Of a DNA stretch of 64,000 nucleotides, positions 27,614-40,835 are shown piece by piece. Every line of letters starts with the position of its first letter. The stretch's first letter is position 1. The stretch covers positions 186,001 through 250,000 of the forward strand of contig MU057711.1 in the NCBI GenBank assembly GCA_013265495.1, read 5' to 3'. The notes beneath the pieces are model-generated. The model was not told where the DNA came from and made no database searches. It saw only the letters and a program-made list of their open reading frames with translations. This DNA is from Vicugna vicugna. Lineage: Eukaryota. The translations under genes and the position numbers were made by a program.

Positions 27614-28844
27614 TGTGAAAGAGGCAAGCTTCTGTAGTTCTGCCTTGGCACTATTTGCTTTCTTTATCTGGAGAGAAACCCATAATATATGTTAGACTTA
27701 CATAGTTTTAATGTAAGTTTATAAATGTTTTATATATATGGTATATATATTTTCATATATGTATATATATAAAGTTCACCTAAATCAGTCTTCCTCTTTA
27801 TTAATGGAGATAACTCATTTGTATCTGTTGGACAGGGGCAAAGTAATGAACTACCATATTGCATTCTATTTCCCGTTCTATGACACTCTCCGTAAATAAA
27901 TTTCCTAAAAGTAGATGAAAAGAAACAAGAAAAGAATCCTTCCGAAATGTGTCTAGAGAAACTTACTTTATTTAACACCAAAGAACCCCACATACCTCCC
28001 AAGTTTATATTAAACAAATGAAATTTTGTTTTGTGTTTAAGATAATTTTTTCTTGCTTTTTGTGGAAAAGCCTCATTGTATAAAAAGATTCATAATTCTT
28101 TAATAAAGAAGGGACTCTTTAGACTTTGGTGACCCCAAAACTGTATGTTTTAAAGAATACTTTGAAAGTGAAGATTTTCAAAGGTTAAAATTTTATCTTC
28201 CCTTCCTAAATTTTGGACTGCTTTTATTTTTTATTAAGGTTTTAAAACCTGTTAATTGTATGTCTTTTTTTTTTTTTGTGTTAAACTTCATCAGCTAAAT
28301 CTTTACACATGGAGATGGAGAAACTACCTGTATGGATTCTAATGTCCCTTCCCCAGTGTCGTACTGTTGCATGACTCTAATTTTGAAGTACTTCATTGAT
28401 GAATTGCAAGTCACAATGTCATGTCATTTTCAGAAAAAATAACCTCACATATTCTTCTTACAGACTTAAAGTTTTAGTAGAAATAAGCATTTATTGGTGA
28501 TAATACTTGGAATGGTCTGTATTGATAGAAACTTGTCAAATGGTCCTGCAGACTCCAGTTCCCTCAGATATGCTTAAGTGTAACTTCCATGTTTGAAAGC
28601 TTGTTTCTTCAGGAATGGCCAGATAGTTACTTCTTCAGCTCTTTAGAGGAAGTGTCGAGTGTAAGCCTTCTAAAAAAATACTGTACAGAACTGTTCAGGA
28701 ACATGAAACCTGGAAGAGTCGCCTTTACTGACCGTGTCTCATGTACCATTTATTTTTATTTTGCAAAGATATCTCCTACCATCAGACCTAGAAGCTCTTT
28801 TCAGATATTTTCAGATTGGGTGACATGTGGACTTAATATCTTAT

Positions 28845-29160
28845 TGTATGAGCTGTCTATTGCTGTGTGACAAATTACTTCAGAACTTAGTGGCTTAAAA
28901 GAGTAAATGTTTTTTATCTCATAGTTTTTGCGGGTGAGGAATTTGGGAAAGGCTAAGCAGGGTCTTACTGACACAGGGTCTCTCATAAATTGCACTAAAT
29001 CAGCCAGATTTACAGTCAACTGAGGGCTTTACTGAGGCTGGAGGACCTACTTCTAAGATGGCTCACTAACATGGTTGTTGGGAAGAACCCTCTCCATAGA
29101 GCTGCTTGAGTGTCTTCACAGTACAGTAGTTGGCTTCTTCCAAAGCAAGTGATCCAAGAC
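28845..29160 (-). mobile_element. MaLR LTR fragment (MLT1 family)
   Basis: tctattgctgtgtgacaaattacttcagaacttagtggcttaaaa...ggctggaggacctacttctaagatggctcact. Confidence 0.8.
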
Positions 29161-29898
29161 AGCTTTCTGTAAAATAAAATGGTGGAGAAATAGATTTCTT
29201 TGCTTAACAAAGGTCAAAGAAACAAAGCAGTAAAAAGTTAGACTTGATAAATTTAAGTGTTTTATTTTTTTATTTTAAAACATAAGATGAAGTAAAATGA
29301 TATCACTGAAATTTGCTTAGCAACACCTCTGAAGATCCTAAGGTCCCAAGACACTTCAGAAAAGGACTGAGCATCTGGAAAACTAGGCTGTTTCACAGTA
29401 AGCATGACACACTTACGTTGTCTCATTTGATGTTCACAACTAAAGAATACTGGAGTACTGAGAAGTCCTGACCATTTCTCATACATAAGGGGCTATCAGG
29501 TTAATTTTCCCATTTGGTTGGAATAAACAAAAATGATAATATATACTCTAATTTCCTTAGGAACTATCAACATTGCTCGATTAGACTAGTATGAAAACCT
29601 CTAAAGATTAAAACATCTCAAGTATTTGTTATCATTTATACATAGAAACTACACATTTCTTTAATTAAGATGAATAATGTATGATGAAATATTCTTCAAG
29701 AGGCAGAACCAAGGAATAATTTGTTAAGCCAGAATTGTGGTTTCCTGTGCTTTACTGTGTTGTGCTGAACCCTGCTTTCCTTCTGTTTATTCAGATTCTC
29801 TATTTCTTCTTGAGTCAATTATTGGAATTTGTCCATTTCATCTAGGTTATGAATCCCTTTTTTCCCTCCAAGGTTAGGATTAGTATCTTTCATTTTTT

Positions 29899-32195
29899 TA
29901 AACATTTGGTTTCTTGAGTTATAGTCATTTTACAATGTTGTGTCAAATTCCAGTGTAGAGCACAATTTTTCAGTTATACATGAACATTCATACATTCATT
30001 GTCACATTCTCTTTCACTGTGAGCCACCACAAGATCCTGTATATATTTCCCTATGCTATACAGTACAATCTTGTTTATCTATTCTACATTTTGAAATACC
30101 AGTCTGTCCCTTCCCACCCCCCATCCCCCTGACAACCACAAGTTTGTATTCTGTCTGTGAGTCTGTTTCTGTTTTGTATTTATGTGGGGGTTTTTTTGTT
30201 TTTTGTTTTTTTTAGATTCTGCATATGAGTGCTCTCATATGATATTTTTCTTTCTCTTTATGGCTTACTTCACTTAGAAGGACATTCTCCAGGAACATCC
30301 ATGTTGCTGCAAATGGTGTTATGTTGTTGGTTTTTATGGCTGGATAGTATTCCATTGTATAAATATACCACATCTTCTTTATCCAGTCATCTGTTGATGG
30401 ACATTTAGGCTGTTTCCATGTCTTGGCTTTTGTAAATAATGCTGCTATGAACATTGGGGTGCAGGCGTCATTTTGAAGTAGGGTTCCTTCTGGATATATG
30501 CCCAGGAGTGGGATTCCTGGGTCATATGGTAAGTCTATTCCTAGTCTTTTGAGGAATCTCCATACTGTTTTCCACAGTGGCTGCACCAAACTGCATTCCC
30601 ACCAGCAGTGTAGGTTTCCCTTTCTCCACAACCTCTCCAGCATTTGTCATTTGTGGACTTTCGTATTATGGCCATTCTGACTGGTGTGAGGTGATACTTC
30701 ATCGTAGTTTTGATTTGCATTTCTCTGATAATTAGTGATATTGAGCATTTTTTCATGTGCCTATTATTGATCATTTGTATTTCTTCCTTGGGGAATTGCT
30801 TGTTTAGGTCTTCTGCCCATTTTTGGATTGGGTTGTTTGTTTTTTTCTTATTAAGTTGTATGGGCTGCTTATGTATTCTGGAGATTAAGCCTTTGTCAGT
30901 TTCATTTGCAAAAATTTTCTCCCATTCTGTAGGTTGTCATTTTGTTTTAATTATGGTTTCCTTTGCTGTGCAGAAGCTTGTAAGTTTCATTAGAGCCCAT
31001 TTGTTTATTCTTGCATTTATTTCTGTTGCTTGGCTAGACTGCCCTTGAGATGTATGTCAGATAATGTTTTGCCTATATTTTCCTCTAGGAGGTTTATTGT
31101 ATCTTGTCTTATGTTTAAGTCTTTGATCCACTTTGAGTTTATTTTTGTGTATGGTGTAAGGGAGTGTTCTAGCTTCATTGATTTACATGCTGCTGTCCAG
31201 TTTTCCCAACACCATTTGCTGAAGAGACTGTCTTTATTCCATTGTATATTCTTGCCTCTTTTGTCGAAGATGAGTTGACAAAAACTTTGAGGGTTCATTT
31301 CTGGGCTCTCTATTCTGTTCCATTGGTCCATATGTCTGATTTTGTACCAATACCATGCTGTCTTGATGCCTGTAGCTCCATAGTATTGTCTGAAGTCTGG
31401 GAGTTATTCCTCCAACCTCTTTCTTTTTCTTCAGTAATGCTTTGGCAATTCTAGGTCTTTTGTGGTTCCATATAAATTTTATTATGATTTGTTCTAGTTC
31501 CGTGAAATATGTCCTGGGTAATTTGATAGGGATTGCATTAAATCTGTAGATTGCCTTGGGCAATGTGACTATTTTAACAATATTGATTCTTCCAATCCAG
31601 GAGCATGGAATATCTTTCCATTTTTTTAAGTCTTCTTTAATTTCCTTAATCAATGTTTTATAGTTTTCTGTGTATAAGTCTTTCACTTCCTTGGTTAGAG
31701 TTACTCCTCGGTATTTAATTACTTTGGGTGCTATTTTAAAGGGGATTGTTTCTTTACTTTCTTTTTCTGTTGATTCATCATTAATGTAAAGAAATGCAAC
31801 TGATTTTTGAACATTAATCTTGTAACCTGCTGCCTTGCTGAATTCTTCAATTATTTCTAGTAGTTTTTGTGTGGACCTTTTAGGGTTTTCTATATATAGT
31901 ATCATGTCATCTGCATATAGTGACACTTTTACCTCTTCTTTTCCAGTTTGGGTCCCTTTTATTTCTCCCTTTTGCCTGATTGCTGTGGCTAGGACTTCCA
32001 AGACTATGTTGAATAGGAGTGGTGATAGTGGGCAGCCTTGTCTTGGTCCAGATTTTAGTGGGGAGCTTTTGAGTTTTTCACCATTGAGTACTATACTGGC
32101 TGTAGGTTTGTCATATATAGCTTTTATTATGTTGAGATATGTTCCCTCTATACCCACTTTGGTGAGAGTTTTTATCATAAATGGGTGTTGAATTC
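29899..32195 (-). mobile_element. Young 5'-truncated LINE-1 (about 2.3 kb): frameshifted ORF2 RT and C-terminal domains plus 3' UTR
   Basis: ORF track gives L1 ORF2 peptides in successive frames: 31234..32178 ([15 protein letters not shown]), 31017..31331, 30541..30774 and 30212..30643 (HCWWEC, ending EKYHM). TSD tctttcatt at 29886-29894 and 32196-32204. Confidence 0.95.
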
Positions 32196-33900
32196 TCTTT
32201 CATTCTTTATTTTAGTAATTGGAATCATAGCTCCTTCTTTTCTTGGTCAGTTTATCAGTTTTATTGATGTTTTCAAAGAATCAGCTTTTGATTTCATTGA
32301 TTTTCTCTACCATTTTTTGTTCTCTGTTTTATTTCCTCTGTAGTCTTTATTATCTCCTTCTGCTTTGTATGGGTTTATTTTGCTCTTATTTTTCAAGTTT
32401 CTTAAGGTAGAAGTTTAGATTATTAATTCAAGAAAATGGTGCTTTTCAAACTTAGGCATTTGTAGTTATAAATTTCTCTCTACAGCCTGCTCAACTGCAT
32501 CCTATTATTTTTGTTACATTATGGTTTTATATTCATTCATCTTAGTGTATTTGCTAATTTTCCTTGTGATGTCTTCTTTGACCCACTGGTTATTTAGCAG
32601 TGTATTGTTTCATTTTCATATATTGGCCAATTTCCCTAATTTTCCTCTGTTATTGATTTATTATTTTATTGCATGGTGACTGGAGAAGAACTTGCAGTGA
32701 TTTTAGTGTACCTGATGAATACAGTTACTGCCTTTTTCAACTCAGATATTTATTTCAGTTCCTTATTATAATTTGTATCTCTTTGTTGACTCTCCGTGTT
32801 TGGTGAATTGTTATTCTCATCTTTAGTTCTTTATACATGCTTTCCTGGAGCTCTTTGGGCATATTTAACATAGGTGATCTAAGGTACAAGTCCAATGTCT
32901 AGGTTTTATCAAGGACAGTTTCTGTCGATTTTTTTTATTCAGATGTATGAGCCATAATTTTTATTTCTTTACATGTCTCATTTTTGTTGTTGTTGTTAAA
33001 AGGCATCTGTCAACTCTAGAAGTCATATCCCCCTTCTCTAAGGTGTGGTGTTGTCAATGTTGTGCTTGTGTTATTTGTTTAGTGTCTTCCCTGAAAATTT
33101 CTGTAAATTTTGTGTTGTATGTGGTCATTGATGTGTTACTCAATTCAGTTAATGGTTGGACAATAATATACTTAAATGTTTTGAATGAATAAGTCTCCTA
33201 GCCTTTCCCAAGGTTATCTCTGTATATTTTGGGCTGTCACATGAAAGTTCTCACAGGTAGTATATAACTCTCCTTTCCCCTTCACTTCCTGCTTTTGCAG
33301 AGCCTCAAGTTCAGCCACAGGTGTAAGATTATGTGTGTCAGTTGTGGATACAACTCTACAATTGTACCTAGCCTTCTGGCTTCCCAGGAATATGTTGGAG
33401 ATTTTCAAAGCACCCTATGTACATCTCATTCCTCATCTTTTAAAAAGAAATTTTTTAGACAGCTGCAGTATTAAATAGTTGCCATTGATTGTTTTCAGTA
33501 AATGACTAGGGAAAAGGCTGTGTGCATTGTACACATTGTAAGAAACTGTCAGACAGTTCAAAAAGTATTTTTCAGACAATTTGCTAAGATGGTGATTTGG
33601 GGGAAGTTCCAAACCTGTTTTGTCCTTTCCAATGGCTTTTAGTCTAATTTTCATGACTACTATGAGGCTGCAACAGAGCAGGGGAGAGGGGATAAGAAAT
33701 AAGGCAATTTAATTCATTCCAAAGCTTTCTCTACTTAACTGAGACTTCAGTCATTTTTCTTGATTAAATGCTCCTTGCATTGTTGCAATCTCTTGTTTAA
33801 TTTCCAAATCTCTTAAAGTTGATTTTCATGATTTTTATCTGTATTTGCATTGCTTTTAGGGATGACTGGATTTTTTGAGGTCTTTGCTATTCTGATTTGA
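32196..33900 (-). mobile_element. Ancient L1M fragments; host of the young L1, continuing on the other side at about 29790-29885
   Basis: Degenerate antisense L1 ORF2-type text (ttttcaaagaatcagcttttgatttcattgattttctc; tcttctttgacccactggttatttag) on both sides of the TSD. Right boundary approximate. Confidence 0.7.
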
Positions 33901-34699
33901 ATTTCCATTTCTAGTTATTTTTAGTGTTACTTTCTGTTTATACCCCTGACCCCCACCCAACAGCCTTTTATCCTGTAATTTAGTCTTTCTATAAGGTTGG
34001 CTAACCTAGGAGTCTTAATGTGTTTTTTAACTACATTTAAAAAAATACTTTGTCATCCTGAAAGTTATATAATGATGTAATCAATTATACTTCAATTAAA
34101 AAAAAAGTTGAACATCATGCAACCATTTTGTCACATTTAAACGTCTGTGTAACAGCATGTTTAATGGCTTTCTGAGATTCTGTACCAGAAATATGCAACT
34201 GATTGCCTACTATCCATTCATCCTCAGGTGTTTAGTAAACACTTGTTCCAAGCCAAGCCTTTGCTTGGACATCATGTTTCTTTTATAATAGTAATACTAT
34301 TATAAATGATGTTTTGCTGAATATTTATGCCCATTTTTGAACAGTATATTCTTAGAATTCAGGTATTTACCTTGAGATTGCTTGTCACTTCATTGATTCC
34401 ACAATCAGTGAATTTTTACTTATGTCCAAAGTAGTATCTTTGACTTTTCAAAAAACTAACAGAAAACTCTCAAGTAATTATGTGGAAACACTTTTGTAAT
34501 TTTTGTTGGATATATGGCTGTTACTGAATAAATTTAAGGTTGTCACCTTTAATAAAGCTTGTCACATGAATAACTGGAATTTATCTTTCATCCTAGCCCT
34601 TCTATAATTATAGTTCATTACGAAATGTTAGACTAATTCATCCTGTGTCTGTTGGCATTACTACAGGGGCTTCACTGAAAACGTGCTCGTGCAATGCAG

Positions 34700-34984
34700 T
34701 GCTGGAGAGAGTTAGCTTCTTGGTCTGTTAGTTTCTCTTTTTTCATCGTCTCAAAATGGCTGCTCTAACTACTGACATCAAAGCAAAAGGAAGGGAGAAA
34801 GCTGATAAAAGTGGTGTATTAGCTACTTGTTATCAGAAGTAGCCCATTTTAATCAGAAACATCAAAAGCCTTCCTGAAGCTCCCCACACCTCTGCTGTGC
34901 CTTATTGGTCAGAGCTGTTGTAGGGCCACCTCCTGCTGAGCAGGCAGGTGGGGAAAGCATGTGTTTCTTTTTCCAGCCTCTATA
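34700..34984 (-). mobile_element. Old MaLR LTR fragment (MLT1K/L-like)
   Basis: aaaatggctgct...aaagccttcctgaagctcccca...ttattggtcagagctg...ggccacc. Confidence 0.55.
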
Positions 34985-35289
34985 CTTGTGCTGTCCAGTC
35001 GAAATACAATGTGAGCCACATATGCAATTAAAATTTTTCAGTAGCTGTATTAAAAACAGTAGGTGAAATTAGTTTCAATAATATATTTCATTTAATGTAG
35101 TATATTTATGGTATTCTAATTTTAACATGGAATAAATAGAAGAGATTATTAAGGAGATATTTTATGTTCTTTATTTTGTGCTAAGTCTGCAAAATTGGTA
35201 TGTACTTTACGCTGAAAGTTCATTGCAGTTTGGGCTAGCTACATGGCAGTCAGCCACATGAGGCTAATGGCTACCTTATTTATTGCACA
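34985..35289. mobile_element. hAT-Charlie MITE, MER33-like
   Basis: gtgctgtccagtcgaaatacaatgtgagccacatatg...agccacatgaggctaatggctacc. Confidence 0.8.
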
Positions 35290-37517
35290 TGGTTGTTTGC
35301 TTTTGTTGCCTGTCACTTACAGTGTATTGAATTAGGAAATTACTTTCTTTGAGATACTCCATTAATCCTTTCCCCTCACCCCACCACTCAGCTTTTCTTG
35401 ATAAAAGAAATCTTATTTTGCCTCATTTTTTGTATTGGTGGTGACGTTTCATAAGAGATTTAATTTATGCCTCCTAAGCTAACCATGTACACACTGGTGT
35501 GTATATGTGTAGATAGATATTTTAAAATAGACAGAATTTTAACCTGTTGTGAGATTATCCTCTAAAAGACCAGTCGAGTCATCAAATTCATTGTCTAGTT
35601 GTTGCTGTCATTCTGTTTCCTCCATGACGTGCCTATCACATACTCTTTCTCTTGAAATTTTTATATTCCCCATACCTCAGATGGCAGTTCATTGTTCCCT
35701 TGTTGGTGATACTTGTACACATAAGTCAGACCATATTACATATGTTATTTAAGAGGCGTCTTGGTTGTGATTTGTTACTGAAGAAATTAAATGCAAATTA
35801 TTACTCAGTGGTTAAGTCTTTTTTGCAGTATTGCACCTAATTTGGGCTGCTATCATCTGAGTTGGATTTATAGATACTGGAGAGGATTCCGTTTTCTTAG
35901 TACTAGAGAAATTGGGCCTTGAAGACCTTACATTAATTTAAGTGATTTACAATAAATGCCAGAAATTGACATATCTGGAAAGATATAGTTGTTATAGACG
36001 ATCTCTTGAGCTCCTTTGTAATACGGTCTCTGAATTTTTAAAAATAACCATTTTGTTCTAGTTTTGTTAACTAAATAAAAATGTTTCCCATACATAAAAA
36101 TTTGTTCCGAGTTCCATATACATCCTTTGAAGTATTCTGAATTGAATTTTGTTTTCTTGTTTTGGTGCTTGTATGGTTTTGATAGGAGCTAAGGGAGATG
36201 GGGAAATTGAAACAATGTTCAATAAGACTAAAATGGATTTTTAGTTATTATTACAGTATTCTCTCATTTCAAGATAATGTTATAACTTGGGGAATTAAAA
36301 AAACTTAAACTTACAGTTTATTGATACAGACTTCTTTATCATCAGCCACACCATCAGCCACACTCCCAAATGTTACTTGTTACTGAAGTAAAGCTGATAA
36401 ATTTTTAAAATGATAGTTTCATGAGATGTAATAAACTGGAATGGTCACTTCACTTATTGCTGAAATAATTGCAAATTATCTAAAATGCATAAAATGGTCA
36501 CTGCTTCATATGAATTCACTTTAATGAATTCCACATGTTACAGGAAAAGAATACTGTAATTCATAATAATGTGTTTATTTAAACATACATATGTCATATA
36601 TATCAATGTCTTTTTTCTATTTCATTAGGAAATGATAATAGTTTAGTGAATGGCTGAATTAGTTTTTTAAAAATTTTTACTCTGGTACACAGTGACAGTT
36701 AGTTTAGAATTGTATATAAGGAATCTCTTCCTTGGAAAATATCCATTTGTGGAAATATTTCTATTTGGACAGTAAAATGACTTCTTATGAAGTAGAATTT
36801 CTTCACATTGGTCAAACTAAAAATATATTGTTGTTTGGCTACAAAGCAAATTTGGAGTGATCCTTCTTGAATTGCAGTGCAAAATGTAACTTGCAGAATT
36901 ATTCCAAATTACTGTAAGAAGAAAGCATTAACTTCTACCAGTAACCGAAATTTTGAGCACTTCACTTTCCTTGTAATCAAATGATATTTAAGGTATATAA
37001 TCTTCCTATATTTCTTGTTAAGAATTAAACATAAAAGAGCCATTCGTGCCATAGTGTGACAGAAAAACCTTTCCAGTTACCCAAGTTATCTTTTTTGTTC
37101 TTTAGCCATTTTTCTGTAAAAGTAGTGCATTTTGATTCTGTTACTATTAGCCGCAGATTGTCAACTTCCATGGGAAGGAAGTCACTAATGATAGGATGAG
37201 GTGCTAAATTAGTATTCACATAATTGATCTGTGAATAGCGTTCTTTCAGGATGTTATCTTCCAATTCTGAAATCACTTTATTGTTATTCAGTGTCCTCAC
37301 GTTGCCTGACTGGACTATCTTAAGACGTTGATATTTTTCTTTTTACTGTGTCATGAAAATTTCACTTGGCTCACTTAAAAATTAGTAGGGGCCTTTTATG
37401 GGCATTTTAAATCAAGTTATATTACTTGATATTTAACGGTATTGAATAACGTCTATTACTTTTCAGTTGTTCCAATGTGATTTTTTAAAAAACTCTATCC
37501 CTTGGCCCGTAAGATCT

Positions 37518-37995
37518 ATGGTACACTGATTGCAAAAATGGCCTCAATTCTCCACTCTTCTCTTTATGAACACCCTTTGAAATGTGTTTTACAGTTCTTT
37601 CCAACAAGAGGTAAGACACATGGTTTGCTCTGGCCTGCAGAATGTGGCAGAAATGAGGGTGTACCAATTCTGAGCCTAGACCTCAAGAGGCCCCTTATGC
37701 ATCTGTTCTTTCAGATCCCTAACTTTCCCATGAGAACAAGCCTAGCTCCTTTCTCAAGGATGACAGACCATGTGGAGCAGAGATGGCTTTTATCAACCAA
37801 TGCCATCCTAAATCGGCTATCAACCTGCCAACTAGCCACAACCTGAATGAGTAAGCTCAGCTAAGATCAGCTGAGCCTGTCCATAATCGGCAGAACTGGC
37901 CCAGGCTTGTGTAGACTGATAGGGGACCTAAGCTGTTTATAAGACACTGCATTTTAGGATTTTTTTGTTTAAAAGTGTAATAGCTAAATGATAAC
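37518..37995 (+). mobile_element. MaLR solo LTR (MLT1F/H-like)
   Basis: tggtacactgattgcaaaaatggcc...cagaatgtggcagaa...ttctgagcctagacctcaagaggc...agctaaatgataaca. Confidence 0.75.
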
Positions 37996-38221
37996 AATAT
38001 GTATGGATCTAGTAGGCCCCTTGCTGGCCTTAACTAAATCATGTGTCATTTCAAATGGAATACATAAAGAGAAGTTTGGACCATTGAGGCCATTTTTTGC
38101 AATCAATATATCATAGATCTTAGGGGCCAGGGACTAACCCTTAGGCTCATTTAAGATGAGGTGTTGCACGTGATCCTATACATGAAGTTATGAAGAACTG
38201 TCTTCTCTGTGGAAGGAGGAC

Positions 38222-38250
<29 letters not shown>
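38222..38250. repeat. Poly(A) 29-mer
   Basis: Uninterrupted A run. Confidence 0.9.
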
Positions 38251-38252
<2 letters not shown>

Positions 38253-38299
38253 CAGAGAATAGGAAGTTACTATTGTCTGGGACCCTCAATTGAAACCCT

Positions 38300-38830
38300 A
38301 AGCCTGTACCATATGCTGATGTGGGGTCTGAAATAAAGACAAAATTGCTCTTTAGGTACATATCCACAAATGAAAATGTTTGCTGAAAATGAGTTAAATA
38401 ATTGCAAACAGAAAAGAATTTTAGATAATAGAACAGCTATTTGAAAGAAGCTCTAAAATAAAAATGTTCAATTCTTAAATATTAATATTGTAGAGACAAA
38501 ATAAAGAATGAAAAAGAATGTATGAAAAAAGAACCAGATATGTTTATTAGAAGTAATAAATGTGAACAACTAAAAGGTTAGTGGACATATTAACAGGTAG
38601 ATTGGGCATTGGTGAAGAAAGAATTTATGTACTGGAAGATAGTTCTAGTGAAATTATCCAGAATGTAGGGCAGAGAGGTAAAAAGATAGAAAATGTAAAT
38701 GAGAGTTTAAGAGTAACTGAAGATAGAATGAGAAGGTCCAAAATATATTTCATAGGAAGAAAGGAATAGAGGGAATTGGGGAAAGACAGTATTTGAAGAA
38801 ATGATGACTGATTATATGAGGAAAACATGA
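38300..38830 (+). mobile_element. Ancient L1 ORF1 remnant
   Basis: ORF 38581..38769 (EERIYVLEDSSSEIIQN...ESLRVTEDRMRRSKIYFIG) resembles the L1 ORF1p coiled-coil/RRM junction. Confidence 0.75.
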
Positions 38831-39579
38831 GTCTTGTGCAGAATAGATAAAAATAAATTGTCTGCTCCTACCCTCCACCACCCACCGGAAAATTATACAA
38901 GTGATGGGAGAAACCTGGGTCCCTAAATGGCATTGTGGAACTAAGCTGCCCCACCAACCTGTGTTTTATACGATTTAAAGATTTTTTTTTTTGATGGCTG
39001 TAAACAACACAGTGACACTTAGATAAAATGCACAGTTCTTTGTTGTTTACAGCTGTAAATGAGAGTAAGCTCCCATGTAGGGCTACCCAGGGATTTGTAC
39101 CCAAGGACAGGATAACAACAAGCTGCAGCCACAGGGGACAGCTTATGTATGGTAAGCAGGGTGGGGTTAACTAGGTTTTGCAGGCTCCCTGTGCATTGGC
39201 TACTTTGAATACTTACGTGGACTTCAGTGCACAAGGGCCTACCTCAGTTTGCAGGGTATCTGGTACTGCGGTGATTAGGGTGGGTACATCATGGCACAGA
39301 ATGTGAGAACCCAGTAAGGGTAATGGCTAGGGTGTGAACTTCATCAAGACTTAATCCTCTTCCTTATTTAGAAAGAGGAACTGACCAAGTCTCTAACCAA
39401 ATCTTTAAAAATGAGTTGGCAGAATTAAAACAAATAAATAAAACTCTATCATACGTGGACCAACCATACTGTTTGAGAAATCAATTATATCTTAAATGCC
39501 ACTGCATTTGGGGGTTTTCTTTTTATAGCAGCTTGTTTTTAAGGTTTTTAAATATTTTTTGTATTTTAAGATATATTTA

Positions 39580-40835
39580 TGGTAAAGTTATAAAGAGTGA
39601 CATTACTTAATGTTTAAAGGAACATTTCAACTCCTTTAGGAAGGAAGCTACAATAGTACTGTATAAACCTAACAGTATGTCCTCAAAATATATAAAGCAA
39701 ACGTTTAATGGGATAGGAGATTTTTAGAAAGTGATAAACCAAGGAGACAAAAAATAAAAGGTATGATACAGATTATTTGTGTAGCACAATTAATCACAGT
39801 AAATCTCTACAAAGACTAAGTCAATATCAAAGAATCAGTGGCTATGTTCTCTGACCACATTGAATTTAGAAGTCAGTAGGTAAAGATTCCCACTAAATAT
39901 CCTGTTTTTAGCAGGTGAAAGTGTACACTTCTGTTTTATGATTTTGAAGATAAGTATAGAAATTGAGAAATACCATAAAATGACAATGAAAGTACTACAC
40001 GCCAGTACTCATGGAATATAGCCAAAGTGGTGATGGTAAGCAATTTTTAGCCTTGAATGCACATATTAGAAAAGAGTTTTGATAGAAAATTAGCAAGGTA
40101 AGTATCCTATTTTTAAAGTCAAAAAAAGAATAGAATAGTAAACACAAAGCAAGTAGGTAGAAGAAAGTAATAAAGATAAAGATAGAAATAATGGTATAAA
40201 ATATAAAGTTAGAATAAATACTATTGGCAAAACCAACTGTATTTTTTTAAGGGTAATAGTTTAACCTCTTACAAAATTTGCTAAGCAGAAAAGGAACACT
40301 TAAACAAATAATATTAGGAATGAAAAGGCAAATATAACTACAAATGAGTAGGCATTTAAAGAGAGAGAATATACCATAAGAAATTACATGGCAATATGTT
40401 GTAAACTGAGCTGTGTTCCACTCCCCTGTTCCCTGAGCTCCCAATTTATCTGTTGAAATCCTAACCCCCAGTACCTCAAAATGTGATTTTATATGGAAAT
40501 AGGGTCTTCAAAGGGGAAAGTTTAAATGAGTCCCTTAATCCAGTCTGACTGATTTCCTTATAAGAGGAGGAAATTTAGACATACAAGCAGATATGAGGAG
40601 CAGGTATGAACAGAGGGAGAACCATGTGAGGACAAAGCAGCAAGAGGGTGGCCCACCTGCCAGCCAAGGAGGGAGGCCTTAGAAGAAGCCAGACAGCTTG
40701 ATCTGGGCTTCAGAGCTCTAAGAAAAGTTCTGTTGTTTAAACCACCCAGTCTCTGGTATTTTGTTATGGCAACCCTTGCAAACTAATATAGTTAACTGAA
40801 ACTGACTTAAAATAGAAAAACAAAATAGACCTATT
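39580..40835 (+). mobile_element. Ancient L1 ORF2 remnant (endonuclease region onward) interrupted by an MLT1 LTR
   Basis: A-rich degenerate L1 text (ctcaaaatatataaagcaaa; tgttctctgaccaca; agccttgaatgcacatattagaaaaga). Boundaries approximate. Confidence 0.7.
40397..40790 (+). mobile_element. MaLR solo LTR (MLT1A/B-like)
   Basis: tgttgaaatcctaacccccagtacctcaaaatgtga...ccatgtgaggaca...tgttgtttaaaccacccagtctctggtattttgttatggcaaccc, ending aactaatata. Confidence 0.85.

Noticed and set aside
31234..32178. 314-aa reverse transcriptase ORF as a functional or domesticated gene
   Set aside because: It is a fragment of a 5'-truncated L1 with a TSD, downstream frameshifts and no promoter or endonuclease domain.
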